Of a stretch of DNA of 42,997 nucleotides, positions 1 through 9,435 are shown piece after piece. The position numbers and the translations under genes were made by a program. The DNA comes from a virus (Duplodnaviria; Caudoviricetes), in the IMG/VR virus record IMGVR_UViG_3300013101_000023, positions 1-42,997 of that record; one strand, written 5' to 3'. Numbering within the stretch: position 1 is the first letter of the stretch; each line of letters opens with the position of its first letter. The notes beneath the pieces are model-generated. The model saw only the letters and a list, made by a program, of their open reading frames with translations. It was not told where the DNA came from and ran no database searches.

Positions 1-232
1 TGCAACCGCAGCCACAGTTCGCTGTCCCACAGCAACCGGTAGGTGTACCGGCGGCCCCTGTGGGAGTTCCTGACGTAGTGCCATTCACACAGCCCGTGGG
101 AGCGCAGTTTGTGCAACCGCAGCCACAGTTCGCTGTCCCACAGCAACCGGTAGGTGTACCGGCGGCCCCTGTGGGAGTTCCTGACGTAGTGCCATTCACA
201 CAGCCCGTGGGAGCGCAGTTTGTGCAACCGCA
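1..232 (+). repeat. 111-bp tandem repeat (37 aa, Pro/Gln/Val-rich) in the SSB tail; further copy at 42881-42997
   Basis: TGCAACCGCA recurs at 1, 112 and 223. 42881-42997 is identical to 5-121. Confidence 0.95.
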
Positions 233-338
233 ACCAGTGCAGCAGGTAGTGGTTCCCCCGCAGAACCAACCAGTAGGCACTGGCCAGCAGTTTGACCAGT
301 TCGGTCAGCCTATATCCGACCATGATGTCGCCTTCTGA
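3..338 (+). CDS. C-terminal part of the SSB (continuation of 42210..42997 across the circular junction)
   Basis: Same repeat peptide in a continuous frame. Ends DHDVAF, an acidic tail with terminal Phe typical of SSBs. Confidence 0.85.
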   Translation, partial: QPQPQFAVPQQPVGVPAAPVGVPDVVPFTQPVGAQFVQPQPQFAVPQQPVGVPAAPVGVPDVVPFTQPVGAQFVQPQPVQQVVVPPQNQPVGTGQQFDQFGQPISDHDVAF

Positions 339-2289
339 CATCCTGTGGATTGACTACGAGACTTCATCAAACCTCGACCTTAAAAAAGTCGGGGCCGATG
401 TCTACTCTCGCCACCCCAGCACCAAAGCTTTAATGCTGGGGTGGGCCGTCGGCAATGATCCCGCGCGAGTGTGGGACATTGACGCCGGGGAGCCAATGCC
501 ACCAGAAATTGGGCCCTTCCTGCTGCACCATCAGGGAGAAATCCGAGCGCATAATGCGCCCTTTGAAATGATGATCACCGAGCAAGTGATGAAAATTCCC
601 CTGACTATTGAGCAGTGGAAGTGTTCCCAGGTCATGGCGTATGGATTAAGTTTTGTCCGAGGCCTAGGTGATATCATGGCACAGATTGGGGTCTTTGACC
701 TTGATGAGGTAAAAGACAAACGGGGTCGGAAACTGATCCAGCTATTTTGTAAACAGCAGCCCTCAAACCACCGGATCAATTGGCACAGTCGCTGGACTAG
801 GCATGATGAGTGGATAGAGTTTATAGAGTATTGCCGCCAGGACATTGAAGCCATGCGGACCATGTGGGCCTGGTGCGAACAATTCCAGCCGATGTCTGAT
901 GAGGAGTGGGCCCACTGGAGAATTGACCGGTACATTAACCGGGCAGGTATTCCTGTGGACATGACCCTTGTGGATAAAGCTTTAAAGGCTATGGCTTCTG
1001 AAAAACTAGTCTTACAAGACAGACTATACGCCATAACCCGATTGGATAAAATCACGCCCAGACCCTTGCTCGCTTGGCTTAATGAGCAGCTGGCTTTTCA
1101 AGGCATGGAACTAGACAACCTGCAGAAACCCACTAAGGAGAGGGCCGCCGAACAGTGCATCGGACCGGCAAAAGAGGCCCTGGAGGCATCTTTGCTGATA
1201 TCCCAGGCTTCTAGTAGCTCGAAGTGGAACGCGTTTAAAAACCGGACCGATCCGAGGGCAAACCTACTGCGTGAGACACTGCAGTTTGCTGGAGCACAGC
1301 GGACTAGACGGTGGGCAGGTCGCGGGGTTCAGCTACAGAACCTGAAACGCTCAACAGCCAACATGGAGCAGGACATAGGGGACATTCTAGCAGGGCAACA
1401 TGTGGACATGAACCAGATTTCAACCAGCATCAGAGGAGCCATTAAAGCCCCACCAGGAAAAGACATTGTTGTCTCGGATCTATCCAGCATCGAGAGCCGC
1501 TTAGCCGGGTGGCTGACCGGATCTAAACTTATTATAAGCACGTTTGACCAGGGGCTAGACACTTACCGGGTTTTAGCTACCCGACTGTTTCACGTTGAAT
1601 ATCAAGAGGTAACCAAAGAACAGAGAACCTTCGCCAAACCTGCAGCTCTTGGCTGTCAGTACATGCTGGGGGCTAAAGGCCTGATGAGGTATGCTAAAGA
1701 CTATGGTGTCACCTTAACGGAGCCTGAAGCACAGACCCACGTTAAAACGTACCGGGCCATTTATCCGGAGCTGCCTGCCTTCTGGAAGTGGATAAAAGAC
1801 GCCATTAAATGGTGCGTAAATAACCCAGGACGGTCTGTAGAAGGTCACTATCTATCCATCGTAAAAGAGGGTGAGTTTTTATTTATCACGCTGCCTAGCG
1901 GGCGTCGACTCAGCTATTACCAGTCCCGGATAGAGAGGGGGCCAGCCCCTTGGGATGAAAACGAGTTGATAGAGAAGTTCACTTTCATGGGGACAGACAC
2001 CTACTCTCAAAAATGGACCCGCATAAGCGCCCATTCTGGGGGTATCCTGGAGAATATCATCCAGGCAATAGCCCGCGATATAATGGCGCTGTGGATCCGG
2101 CGGGTGCACGGTGAAGGAGGAGACATCCGGATGCATGTGCATGATGAGCTTGTACTGTTGTCTGATAAAAGCCACTCAGAAGCTACCCTGAGGATCATTA
2201 ACGCTGAAGCAGCGCAACCGATACCGTGGGCGCCGGGACTGAAGCTCACAGCCGGCGGGTATATTGCAGAAAGATACAGAAAAGATTAG
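322..2289 (+). CDS. polA: Family A DNA polymerase with 3'-5' exonuclease (APSE-1-like)
   Basis: ExoI WIDYET, ExoII AHNAPFE, ExoIII YCRQD, motif A DLSSIESR, motif B RTFAKPAALGCQY, motif C HVHDE. Start placed at ATG 322. Confidence 0.95.
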   Translation: MMSPSDILWIDYETSSNLDLKKVGADVYSRHPSTKALMLGWAVGNDPARVWDIDAGEPMPPEIGPFLLHHQGEIRAHNAPFEMMITEQVMKIPLTIEQWKCSQVMAYGLSFVRGLGDIMAQIGVFDLDEVKDKRGRKLIQLFCKQQPSNHRINWHSRWTRHDEWIEFIEYCRQDIEAMRTMWAWCEQFQPMSDEEWAHWRIDRYINRAGIPVDMTLVDKALKAMASEKLVLQDRLYAITRLDKITPRPLLAWLNEQLAFQGMELDNLQKPTKERAAEQCIGPAKEALEASLLISQASSSSKWNAFKNRTDPRANLLRETLQFAGAQRTRRWAGRGVQLQNLKRSTANMEQDIGDILAGQHVDMNQISTSIRGAIKAPPGKDIVVSDLSSIESRLAGWLTGSKLIISTFDQGLDTYRVLATRLFHVEYQEVTKEQRTFAKPAALGCQYMLGAKGLMRYAKDYGVTLTEPEAQTHVKTYRAIYPELPAFWKWIKDAIKWCVNNPGRSVEGHYLSIVKEGEFLFITLPSGRRLSYYQSRIERGPAPWDENELIEKFTFMGTDTYSQKWTRISAHSGGILENIIQAIARDIMALWIRRVHGEGGDIRMHVHDELVLLSDKSHSEATLRIINAEAAQPIPWAPGLKLTAGGYIAERYRKD

Positions 2290-2315
2290 ACTTTTACCCC
2301 TGGGTGTAATATACT
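2287..2315 (+). promoter_or_regulatory. Putative sigma70 promoter for the PEP-CTERM gene
   Basis: TAGACT-17 bp-TATACT. Confidence 0.5.
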
Positions 2316-2442
2316 GGGGGAGTGCGATAACCCCGACTGCGCTATCCATCGAATGAAGCGAGCCTGGGAAGCGTAGTACAATGCAAACGTGCCTTTGTTC
2401 CGGGGGCCTTGATCCCGGTACACATCTCAAGAGGATAACCAA

Positions 2443-3093
2443 ATGAGACAAGTATTATATGCAATACCCTTACTATTCCTGTGTATATTTCCTGTACAGG
2501 CCTCTATCTCCTTATCTGATTTCACCGGCGACACCAGCATGACTGAAGTGGACAAAAGCGATGAGCTGTTCCGTCTGACTGATGCCAACGGTGACCTGGA
2601 TGATGCCACTGTATTCCTGCTGGACATCGTGGGGACCGGATCCCAGAACTTCGGGATCTATGATCCGGTCACCGGTGAACGCTTGGAAGTTTTCAGTCAC
2701 CTGGATACCCCCATCACTTCAGCAACTTTGTCCTGGGACATTTTCAGCGACCTGGTGACTAACGTAGGGACTGGTGAAACTGCGGTAATAGACTGGGAAT
2801 CTTTCGGCTTTTATGACGATCAGTGGTTGTCTGAGGCTGGCGCAAACCCCGGATCTATTGATCACTTGTACTCGTTTGAAGTCGGAGCCTTGGCCCACCC
2901 ATCACTGCTAGGATCCAACCTCGCCTTGATATGGTTTGACAGCGAACAAGCTGCATCCCGGGGAACAGGTCATTATGACTTCATTGCAGTCTCGGATATT
3001 GAGCCTATTGGTAACGTACCTGAACCCGGACTCCCCCTACTGCTTAGCGGGGGACTAGTCGGACTTGGCTACACCCGCCGCTTGTCGGCATAA
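2443..3093 (+). CDS. PEP-CTERM sorting-domain exported protein
   Basis: N-terminal signal peptide (..PVQA), acidic body, C-terminal VPEP + hydrophobic helix + RR. RBS GAGG. Confidence 0.88.
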   Translation: MRQVLYAIPLLFLCIFPVQASISLSDFTGDTSMTEVDKSDELFRLTDANGDLDDATVFLLDIVGTGSQNFGIYDPVTGERLEVFSHLDTPITSATLSWDIFSDLVTNVGTGETAVIDWESFGFYDDQWLSEAGANPGSIDHLYSFEVGALAHPSLLGSNLALIWFDSEQAASRGTGHYDFIAVSDIEPIGNVPEPGLPLLLSGGLVGLGYTRRLSA

Positions 3094-3099
3094 CAGATT

Positions 3100-3127
3100 G
3101 GGGGGGGGGGGCTCCGGCCCCCTTTTT
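3100..3127 (+). terminator. Intrinsic terminator after the PEP-CTERM gene
   Basis: GGGGGC-TCCG-GCCCCC followed by TTTTT, preceded by a G12 run. Confidence 0.7.
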
Positions 3128-3142
3128 ACCGAGGACACTATC

Positions 3143-3484
3143 ATGGTTAACAGAGAGAAATACACACCACTATCCGAACAAAAAATCGAAAGCGCTGTAG
3201 TCGAATATGCTGCGGCCGAGGGGATGACAGTCTACAAATTCACAAGTCCGAACGTGCGTGGCGTCCCCGATCGGCTATTCTTGTACCGGGGCCGCGCTAT
3301 GTTTATAGAGTTCAAAGCTGAAAACAATAACCAGGGCTTTGACAAACTGCAACAATTACACCGAGATGTTTTAGCTGAGCAAGATGTGCCCGTGTTCCTC
3401 GTCAATGGCGTGGACCAGGGAAAAGGCATCGTTAATGGTTTCATCGGGGCGGTGGATGCGGCCCTCAATTACTGGAGACAATGA
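3143..3484 (+). CDS. VRR-NUC domain nuclease
   Basis: SEQKIE, GVPDRLFL and FIEFK PD-(D/E)xK motifs. RBS GAGG before ATG 3143. Usual position between polA and SNF2. Confidence 0.9.
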   Translation: MVNREKYTPLSEQKIESAVVEYAAAEGMTVYKFTSPNVRGVPDRLFLYRGRAMFIEFKAENNNQGFDKLQQLHRDVLAEQDVPVFLVNGVDQGKGIVNGFIGAVDAALNYWRQ

Positions 3485-3485
3485 C

Positions 3486-3803
3486 ATGGAGATGACTAGA
3501 CGAGAAAAAGGGCAATGGCTCTTAAACGAGATCCTTACTGCAGGGTTAAATATTGCGTTCCTGGATAACCGGAACGAAGTTTATGTCACTTTCGAGTGCC
3601 CCTGGGGGGCTCGCTACAAAGTAAAAAACACAGTAGAACGCTTGGATTTGTTTGCTAAAAAAGTCAGACAGGCTTACGGATTCGGGGGACCGTCACCTCG
3701 TGGCATACCCTTGGGTCCGATCCGGGCTAAACGCATGAGCCAGGAGACTTTCGACAAAAAATACAGCACTGATAAAGAGGTGGACTATGCTTTTAACCCC
3801 TGA
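3486..3803 (+). CDS. Hypothetical protein
   Basis: ORF tightly packed between VRR-NUC and the helicase. GGAG upstream of ATG 3486. Confidence 0.65.
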   Translation: MEMTRREKGQWLLNEILTAGLNIAFLDNRNEVYVTFECPWGARYKVKNTVERLDLFAKKVRQAYGFGGPSPRGIPLGPIRAKRMSQETFDKKYSTDKEVDYAFNP

Positions 3804-5217
3804 GAATCTGCATGGGTACCAGGTACGCGCCACCAACCACATCATGCAGCACCCCGGATCCATGCTCTGGTTAGATATGGGGCTAGGAAAGACCGTTATA
3901 ACTCTGACAGCCATTAACCAGCTACGGGCCTTTGGTCAGATTAACAAAGTGCTCGTAGTCGCTCCCCTGAGAGTATGTCAGACTGTCTGGGAAAAAGAGG
4001 CCCGTGACTGGTCCCACACCTGTCACCTTAAGTTTTCATATGTGATAGGGACCGCTAAAAAAAGACTGCAGCACCTTCACAGCCCCAACTCAGATATATA
4101 CTTAATCAACTACGAAAACCTAGAGTGGTTATCCGAGCAACTTAACCACTTCTATGTGAAGAAAAACCGGCCCTTACCTTTTCAGATGGTCGTGTGGGAT
4201 GAAGTCTCAAAGATGAAGACTAGCACCACCAAACGCAGCAAAGCATTTTACAACCTTATCTCAAAATTTCACCGAAAAGTGGGTCTGACTGGTACCCCTG
4301 CATCCAATGGATTGCAAGACCTGCATGGTCAATTCCTGGTGACTGATGGAGGTGCACGATTAGGTACCCACATAACACACTTCCGGGACAGGTTCATGTA
4401 CCAGGATGGATACTCCCGTCGCTGGTGCCCGTTCCCTGAGAGCCAGAAACAGATAGAGAATTTAATTCATGATGTTACGCTGCAGATGAGCGCATCAGAT
4501 TATTTAGAAATGCCTGCCTTCAGTTATAACGACGTGATGATCCGGCTCCCGCCTTCTCTTCGCAAATCATACGATGAGTTGGAAAGGGACATGATCACGC
4601 AACTAGAGGAGGAAGACGGGGGCCACGAGGTGGTGGTATTTAACGCTGCTGCACTCACTAATAAATGCCTCCAATTTGCTAATGGATCGGTGTATATTGA
4701 GCCTGAAAACCCAGAGTTTAACGAGGTGCACGATCTGAAAATCGAAGCACTCAAAGAAATTGATGATCAAACCGGGGACAAAAGTCTGCTAGTCGCTTAC
4801 GCATATAAATCCGATTGCATCCGGATCATGAAAGCTTTCCCCCATGCCGTTAACTTATCCGGGATGTCAGGTGACAACCTGGTACAGGCTATTGAATCCT
4901 GGAACGCAGGAGAAATTAAAATGTTGGTAGGTCATCCCGCATCTATGGGCCACGGCCTCAACTTGCAGTACGGGGGTCATAACCTGGTATGGTTCGGGCT
5001 CAACTGGTCACTGGATCTATATGACCAATTTAACGCGAGAATCAACCGCCAGGGCCAGAAAATGCCGGTGATATGTCATCGCATCATGGTAGAGGGAACG
5101 GTGGAGCAGGTAGTGAGAGAGGCCCTAGAATCGAAGGCTACAACTCAGTCCCAGCTCCGCGCCGCTATCCAGAAATACGCAGGCATAAAGACGCCTGCGC
5201 CTTTGTCGTTTCTCTAG
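3787..5217 (+). CDS. SNF2-family (SF2) helicase
   Basis: DMGLGKT, VAPLRV, WDEVS, LTGTP, GHGLNLQ, QFNARINRQGQ. Confidence 0.95.
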   Translation: MLLTPENLHGYQVRATNHIMQHPGSMLWLDMGLGKTVITLTAINQLRAFGQINKVLVVAPLRVCQTVWEKEARDWSHTCHLKFSYVIGTAKKRLQHLHSPNSDIYLINYENLEWLSEQLNHFYVKKNRPLPFQMVVWDEVSKMKTSTTKRSKAFYNLISKFHRKVGLTGTPASNGLQDLHGQFLVTDGGARLGTHITHFRDRFMYQDGYSRRWCPFPESQKQIENLIHDVTLQMSASDYLEMPAFSYNDVMIRLPPSLRKSYDELERDMITQLEEEDGGHEVVVFNAAALTNKCLQFANGSVYIEPENPEFNEVHDLKIEALKEIDDQTGDKSLLVAYAYKSDCIRIMKAFPHAVNLSGMSGDNLVQAIESWNAGEIKMLVGHPASMGHGLNLQYGGHNLVWFGLNWSLDLYDQFNARINRQGQKMPVICHRIMVEGTVEQVVREALESKATTQSQLRAAIQKYAGIKTPAPLSFL

Positions 5218-6899
5218 TAGCTGTCGTCTATGCTGGCCCCGAAATTAGCGGAGGCCAGACCTAGAAGATTGGCCAGGGGCTCCCTGACTTTGCTAGTGTT
5301 AGAATTGCGGAACAGCAGACTGTTAAGCATTTTTTGGCCCGGTTTGGTGTACAGCCCCGCACCGGCGGCCATGCCCACGGCGGTAGGTAAGAACGTCCCA
5401 GATGCTAAAGTCCCTCCACCTAGTAGCCCGCCCATAATCGCGCGACCGGTGGTTCCGGAATCCCCCACCTTCTGAGACATAACAGCTTTTGCGTCTTCTG
5501 CAAGCGGCTGGTTGAATCCCTCCCCATGAACGAAAGTACGGTCGTCTGTCTGTCTACGAACCGCGTTAAGATACTGAGTGGCGTTTAATACACGGTCATC
5601 AGCCCCCGCCCGTTTAGCGGCATCTTCGATCACACGCATCTTAGCAAAACCTTTATCCAGCCGGTCTAGTTGCTGTCCTGCTGCAGGATTTTGTCTTGCG
5701 TTAAGCTGCCTTAGGGCCTGTTTACTGGCTTCTATTGCCTCCCCCGCATCTTGCATCCACACGTCCTGACTCTTCCCAAGACGACGAGATTCCGACCCCA
5801 GGTCACTGTATGCTTTCTTGAATGTCTGCCCTAGTAACAGCTCAGTCGGATTATCCATCTGTTCTGCAATATTTCGATCTATATATTTTAATGCTCGCGT
5901 TTGGGCGTCCTTGGGCAGTTCAGACGTCATGGCTCGGATCTTATCCATGTCCGCCTTAAACAGGTCATCACTTTTAACCACGATATTATCTAGGGTGTCT
6001 TTGTACCCTCGGGATATAAGATCATCAGCATACTTGATCGCGGACCCACCAGACTCTAGCCCCTCGGGCAACCTTGCTGAGGTGGGAGGGGCTGTGGTCC
6101 CATAAGGCACCAGGTCACTTGACGGCGGCCGATCAAGCGCGCCTAGGGCGTCATTTATGAGCGCCTTATTGAAACTGCTTTTCTCCCGGACCCTAGCGCC
6201 TGTCACAGCGTCCCCCACGATAGGTACGGAGGTAAGCTTGTCTTCGACAGCGTGCATCCCGGAGCCGAACCGGCCCCCGGTGGTAACTTCCATCCCTTGG
6301 TCTAAGAGAGTCTGGGCCCTCGGATCCGTTTTAAATCCGCGCGCTGCTCCCCCTAAGACTTTCTGACCCGCAGTCCCGAATACCGATCCGAGCCCCGCTG
6401 CTCTAGCCACGTCTTCGGGCGTTGCCCCCTCTTTAACTGCTTCACTCCCTGCGCCCTCTATAGCGCCGCCTAGCCCTGCCTGGGGTATGGATTTAGGCGC
6501 CGTCAACGCCTGGCCCCCATAGCCTAGATACTTAGCCAGAATAGGGGAAGCACGAAGCAAGGCAGGAATTTTAGACGCTGCAGTCAATGCCACACCACCC
6601 ATCATACCCGCCGCCGTATCCCTGACCATGTCGCGGGCCATATCATATCCGGCCTCCTTTCCTCGTGGCCGAGCCACAGAGTCAAAGTCCGACATAAAAT
6701 TGCGCATATCATCAGTAACGATATTAGGAGCTGGAGCTGGAGCTGGAGCTGGAGCTGGAGCTGGAGCTGGAGCTGGAGCTGGAGCTGGAGCTGGAGCTGG
6801 CTGCTGAGGCATACTCCTAACTTTCTCTATCAGGGCTGCTTTGTCCCTCTTCTGCTGCCCGATATGCCTAGCAGCAGCAATCATATCTTCTCTGTTCAC
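5214..6899 (-). CDS. Internal virion / DNA ejection protein
   Basis: Gly/Ala-rich hydrophobic segments, last gene of the structural operon, ends DSGTTGR..GLL as in podovirus DNA transfer proteins. Confidence 0.65.
   Translation of the reverse strand: MNREDMIAAARHIGQQKRDKAALIEKVRSMPQQPAPAPAPAPAPAPAPAPAPAPAPAPNIVTDDMRNFMSDFDSVARPRGKEAGYDMARDMVRDTAAGMMGGVALTAASKIPALLRASPILAKYLGYGGQALTAPKSIPQAGLGGAIEGAGSEAVKEGATPEDVARAAGLGSVFGTAGQKVLGGAARGFKTDPRAQTLLDQGMEVTTGGRFGSGMHAVEDKLTSVPIVGDAVTGARVREKSSFNKALINDALGALDRPPSSDLVPYGTTAPPTSARLPEGLESGGSAIKYADDLISRGYKDTLDNIVVKSDDLFKADMDKIRAMTSELPKDAQTRALKYIDRNIAEQMDNPTELLLGQTFKKAYSDLGSESRRLGKSQDVWMQDAGEAIEASKQALRQLNARQNPAAGQQLDRLDKGFAKMRVIEDAAKRAGADDRVLNATQYLNAVRRQTDDRTFVHGEGFNQPLAEDAKAVMSQKVGDSGTTGRAIMGGLLGGGTLASGTFLPTAVGMAAGAGLYTKPGQKMLNSLLFRNSNTSKVREPLANLLGLASANFGASIDDSY
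6727..6798. repeat. Perfect hexamer repeat (GGAGCT)12 encoding a Pro-Ala linker
   Basis: 12 identical units seen directly. Confidence 0.95.
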
Positions 6900-8083
6900 G
6901 GTGAGCCCCCATCAAGTATGGCCTGTAGTTGATCCATAGTCATGCTTTCGTAGTCTGGCTCGTTAAGCACAGCCTCCGGGATGCCTACCGGCTTGGCGCT
7001 TGCCTCTTTTTGCGGACCATCATATCTTTCATACCCGTCAATTAAATTCCTGTTGTACCAAGATACTTGCTTGTCACGAGCCCTGGACATGGTTTTCTTT
7101 GACTTGGATAACAGCCCCATTATCTCTGTGATTTGTTCTTTTATCTTCTCTGGACTTCGTTCCTGGGACAGGCTTCCTAACTGACTTTGTAACAAGTCTA
7201 ATTCTCTTTCAGACAGAGCACCAAACCCAGTCGATCCGGAGGGTGAAAGTGCCTTAAGCTCGGACATTTTATCGGTTGCTAATCTGGAGACAATAACGTC
7301 CCGCATGTTCATCCACTCGTTTGGGGGAAGCATGGGGGCGCTCTTAGCCCAGGAGGCAAGCCCCGTCGATGTCCAGTCAGTGATCCCGCTCAACTCAGTC
7401 AACTTAGATACCGTTGTATCAATCGCATCCATTGCCGATGCACTGGCCCCGATTTCTTTATCGAAGTTATTACGCTTCTTAACCCTGTAATCTCCTGCGC
7501 CCATCTGCTCTTGGGTCTGCTGCAGGTTCTTGCTAAACTGTTCTCCAGTCTGTAGCCTGGTAGTGAAAGGTCCTTGGTCAATGGTCTTATAATTCGGGTT
7601 CTCTCGGATCTGATGGGTTTCCCCAGTGACCGGGTTAATGTATTCATTACCCAGGTTTAGCCACTTATCCGCAAACCTTTTCCCGCCCGGATCATTGATT
7701 TTATGGAAACCCTGCTTCTGACGCTCTGACATCATGTCAATAGCCGCCTTTTGCATGAACGGGTTCTCGCTTTCCAGGGCCGCTTTCCGCTGCTCAATAT
7801 CAATGCGGCGCTGAGGGTCTAAGTCCTGGATGCCTAGCAGCCCTGTACCGGGTTGCGCGGGGCCGAACTGATCCGAAGGGAGCTGTTCTTGTGCTCTCCC
7901 GTAGAAGTTTTCTGATTGTCCTGCAAGATCGGAGCGCGCCATAGCTGCCTCGGTGCGCTTCAACTGGCGCACGCGCTCGGCTTCCTGGGCGTCTTTAGCC
8001 CCATAATATCCTTTGGTTACCCCGGGCAATTTCATGCCGAGGAGGCCGATACCTATGTCTTCCCAGCCAAATTCTCTAGCCAT
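6896..8083 (-). CDS. Putative DNA ejection protein
   Basis: Helical, contains GFGALSERELDLL-type motif common in podovirus ejection proteins. Position in the operon. Confidence 0.6.
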   Translation of the reverse strand: MAREFGWEDIGIGLLGMKLPGVTKGYYGAKDAQEAERVRQLKRTEAAMARSDLAGQSENFYGRAQEQLPSDQFGPAQPGTGLLGIQDLDPQRRIDIEQRKAALESENPFMQKAAIDMMSERQKQGFHKINDPGGKRFADKWLNLGNEYINPVTGETHQIRENPNYKTIDQGPFTTRLQTGEQFSKNLQQTQEQMGAGDYRVKKRNNFDKEIGASASAMDAIDTTVSKLTELSGITDWTSTGLASWAKSAPMLPPNEWMNMRDVIVSRLATDKMSELKALSPSGSTGFGALSERELDLLQSQLGSLSQERSPEKIKEQITEIMGLLSKSKKTMSRARDKQVSWYNRNLIDGYERYDGPQKEASAKPVGIPEAVLNEPDYESMTMDQLQAILDGGSP

Positions 8084-8092
8084 GATCGTTCC

Positions 8093-8527
8093 TTAAAAAT
8101 AGTTACTGAACTGCTGGGTCCAAGGCATCTGCTGCTGCTGCTGCTGCGGCTGGTTCAACATGCCACCATCCACGCCAGCCTGCTGATTTGGATCCTGTGG
8201 CGCGCCACTGAGACCCATAGCATTGCCTATGCCCTGCATCGCGCCACCCACCATGGGATTCTGCTGCTGGAACTGGTCAAACATCTGTGAGGGTGCCTGC
8301 TGTGCCGCCCCCATAAATCCAGACTGAACCGGCGCGCCTCCTGTCGATGGGGTAGACTTTTGCTCGTCACCGCCACCACCAATAATCCCGCCGGTAACAG
8401 CACCCAGGTAGGACTTTATCAGCCCACCGATCAGCCCCGACTTAGGGGTTAGAGGGTTGCCCTGCATGGCATAGTCTGGCCCGCTGGCCGGTGTAAAAGG
8501 TGTGTATCTAGGTTGTTGATATGCCAT
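8093..8527 (-). CDS. Gly/Gln-rich putative virion ejection protein
   Basis: Low-complexity composition and position. Start coupled to the upstream stop. Confidence 0.5.
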   Translation of the reverse strand: MAYQQPRYTPFTPASGPDYAMQGNPLTPKSGLIGGLIKSYLGAVTGGIIGGGGDEQKSTPSTGGAPVQSGFMGAAQQAPSQMFDQFQQQNPMVGGAMQGIGNAMGLSGAPQDPNQQAGVDGGMLNQPQQQQQQMPWTQQFSNYF

Positions 8528-9435
8528 TATAGGCCCCCTTGTCTTGAATACTGCCACGAGTCATTTTCACTATCGGATAGCACGGTAGGTGCCCCAATAG
8601 ACTGCATCATTTGACCGTATGCGTTAACTGGCATCATGGCATTTTGATACTGCCCCTGCCCTAGTTGGTTCATGGCCCCCGACTGTGCGAGTGCCTGCTG
8701 CTGGTATTGGTTTTGCTGACCTGCCAATCCGGATAACATGCCCTGCTGCTGCAGTAGGTTCTGGTCCGCACCGGCTCCCGCCTGCTGCTGCATTCCCTGC
8801 AATCGCGCATTGTCCTGGAAGCCCATATTCCGCCGATTGGTGTGCTCCTGGAAATTCATATTCTGGCGGTTGTTGTAATCTTGATATCCGACGTTGGCCA
8901 GGTTCTTTTGCATATTGCTGTTAATGTCCTGGTGGCCACGGGCCATAGCATTACCATAAGCGGATCCACCGCCCATTCCTGCTACCGCTGCTCTGGCATC
9001 CAGGGACTGCAAAGATGTATCCATTGCTGACCTGGCATCATTAACAAAGTTCCGCTTATACGCGTCGGAGTAGTTCCCGCCGCCTTCACGCTGGAATGCC
9101 TGCCCCTGATCAAAGCCCTGCATGCCTTCAATAGCTTGCTGCTGCTGCGTAGGCCCGCCCATGGCGCCCCCTAAGCTGTTGCTTAAGGTCCCCGTGATAT
9201 CGTACCCCTGCAGATTGCCGCCCGCCATTTGATTCTCCCAGGCAGGCATAGCTTGGTCCTGTACGCCTTGGGTCCAGTTATTCATCCCCTCCTGGATGCC
9301 GCCCATTTGATCTTGAACGCTCTCCATCATTCCTGGGGCCTGCTTGTACATGTCCTCTAATACGTCGGCCTGGGGCTGCCAAACTTCTTGTGTGCTCCAG
9401 CCTTCAGACTGGGATTTACTTTTGCCGCCGCTCAT
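8527..9435 (-). CDS. Gln/Gly/Met-rich pilot/ejection protein
   Basis: MSGGKSKSQS N-terminus and QQ-rich helical body typical of podovirus DNA transfer proteins. Confidence 0.6.
   Translation of the reverse strand: MSGGKSKSQSEGWSTQEVWQPQADVLEDMYKQAPGMMESVQDQMGGIQEGMNNWTQGVQDQAMPAWENQMAGGNLQGYDITGTLSNSLGGAMGGPTQQQQAIEGMQGFDQGQAFQREGGGNYSDAYKRNFVNDARSAMDTSLQSLDARAAVAGMGGGSAYGNAMARGHQDINSNMQKNLANVGYQDYNNRQNMNFQEHTNRRNMGFQDNARLQGMQQQAGAGADQNLLQQQGMLSGLAGQQNQYQQQALAQSGAMNQLGQGQYQNAMMPVNAYGQMMQSIGAPTVLSDSENDSWQYSRQGGL

Noticed and set aside
1-121. True terminal direct repeat
   Set aside because: The end similarity is explained by an intragenic tandem repeat, and positions 1-4 differ from the sequence preceding the end copy.
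2316-2425. tRNA or tmRNA
   Set aside because: No cloverleaf, TTCRA loop, CCA end or complete tag reading frame.
3100-3111. G12 run as a phase-variation switch
   Set aside because: It is intergenic and forms part of a terminator stem. Length change has no obvious effect and may reflect sequencing error.
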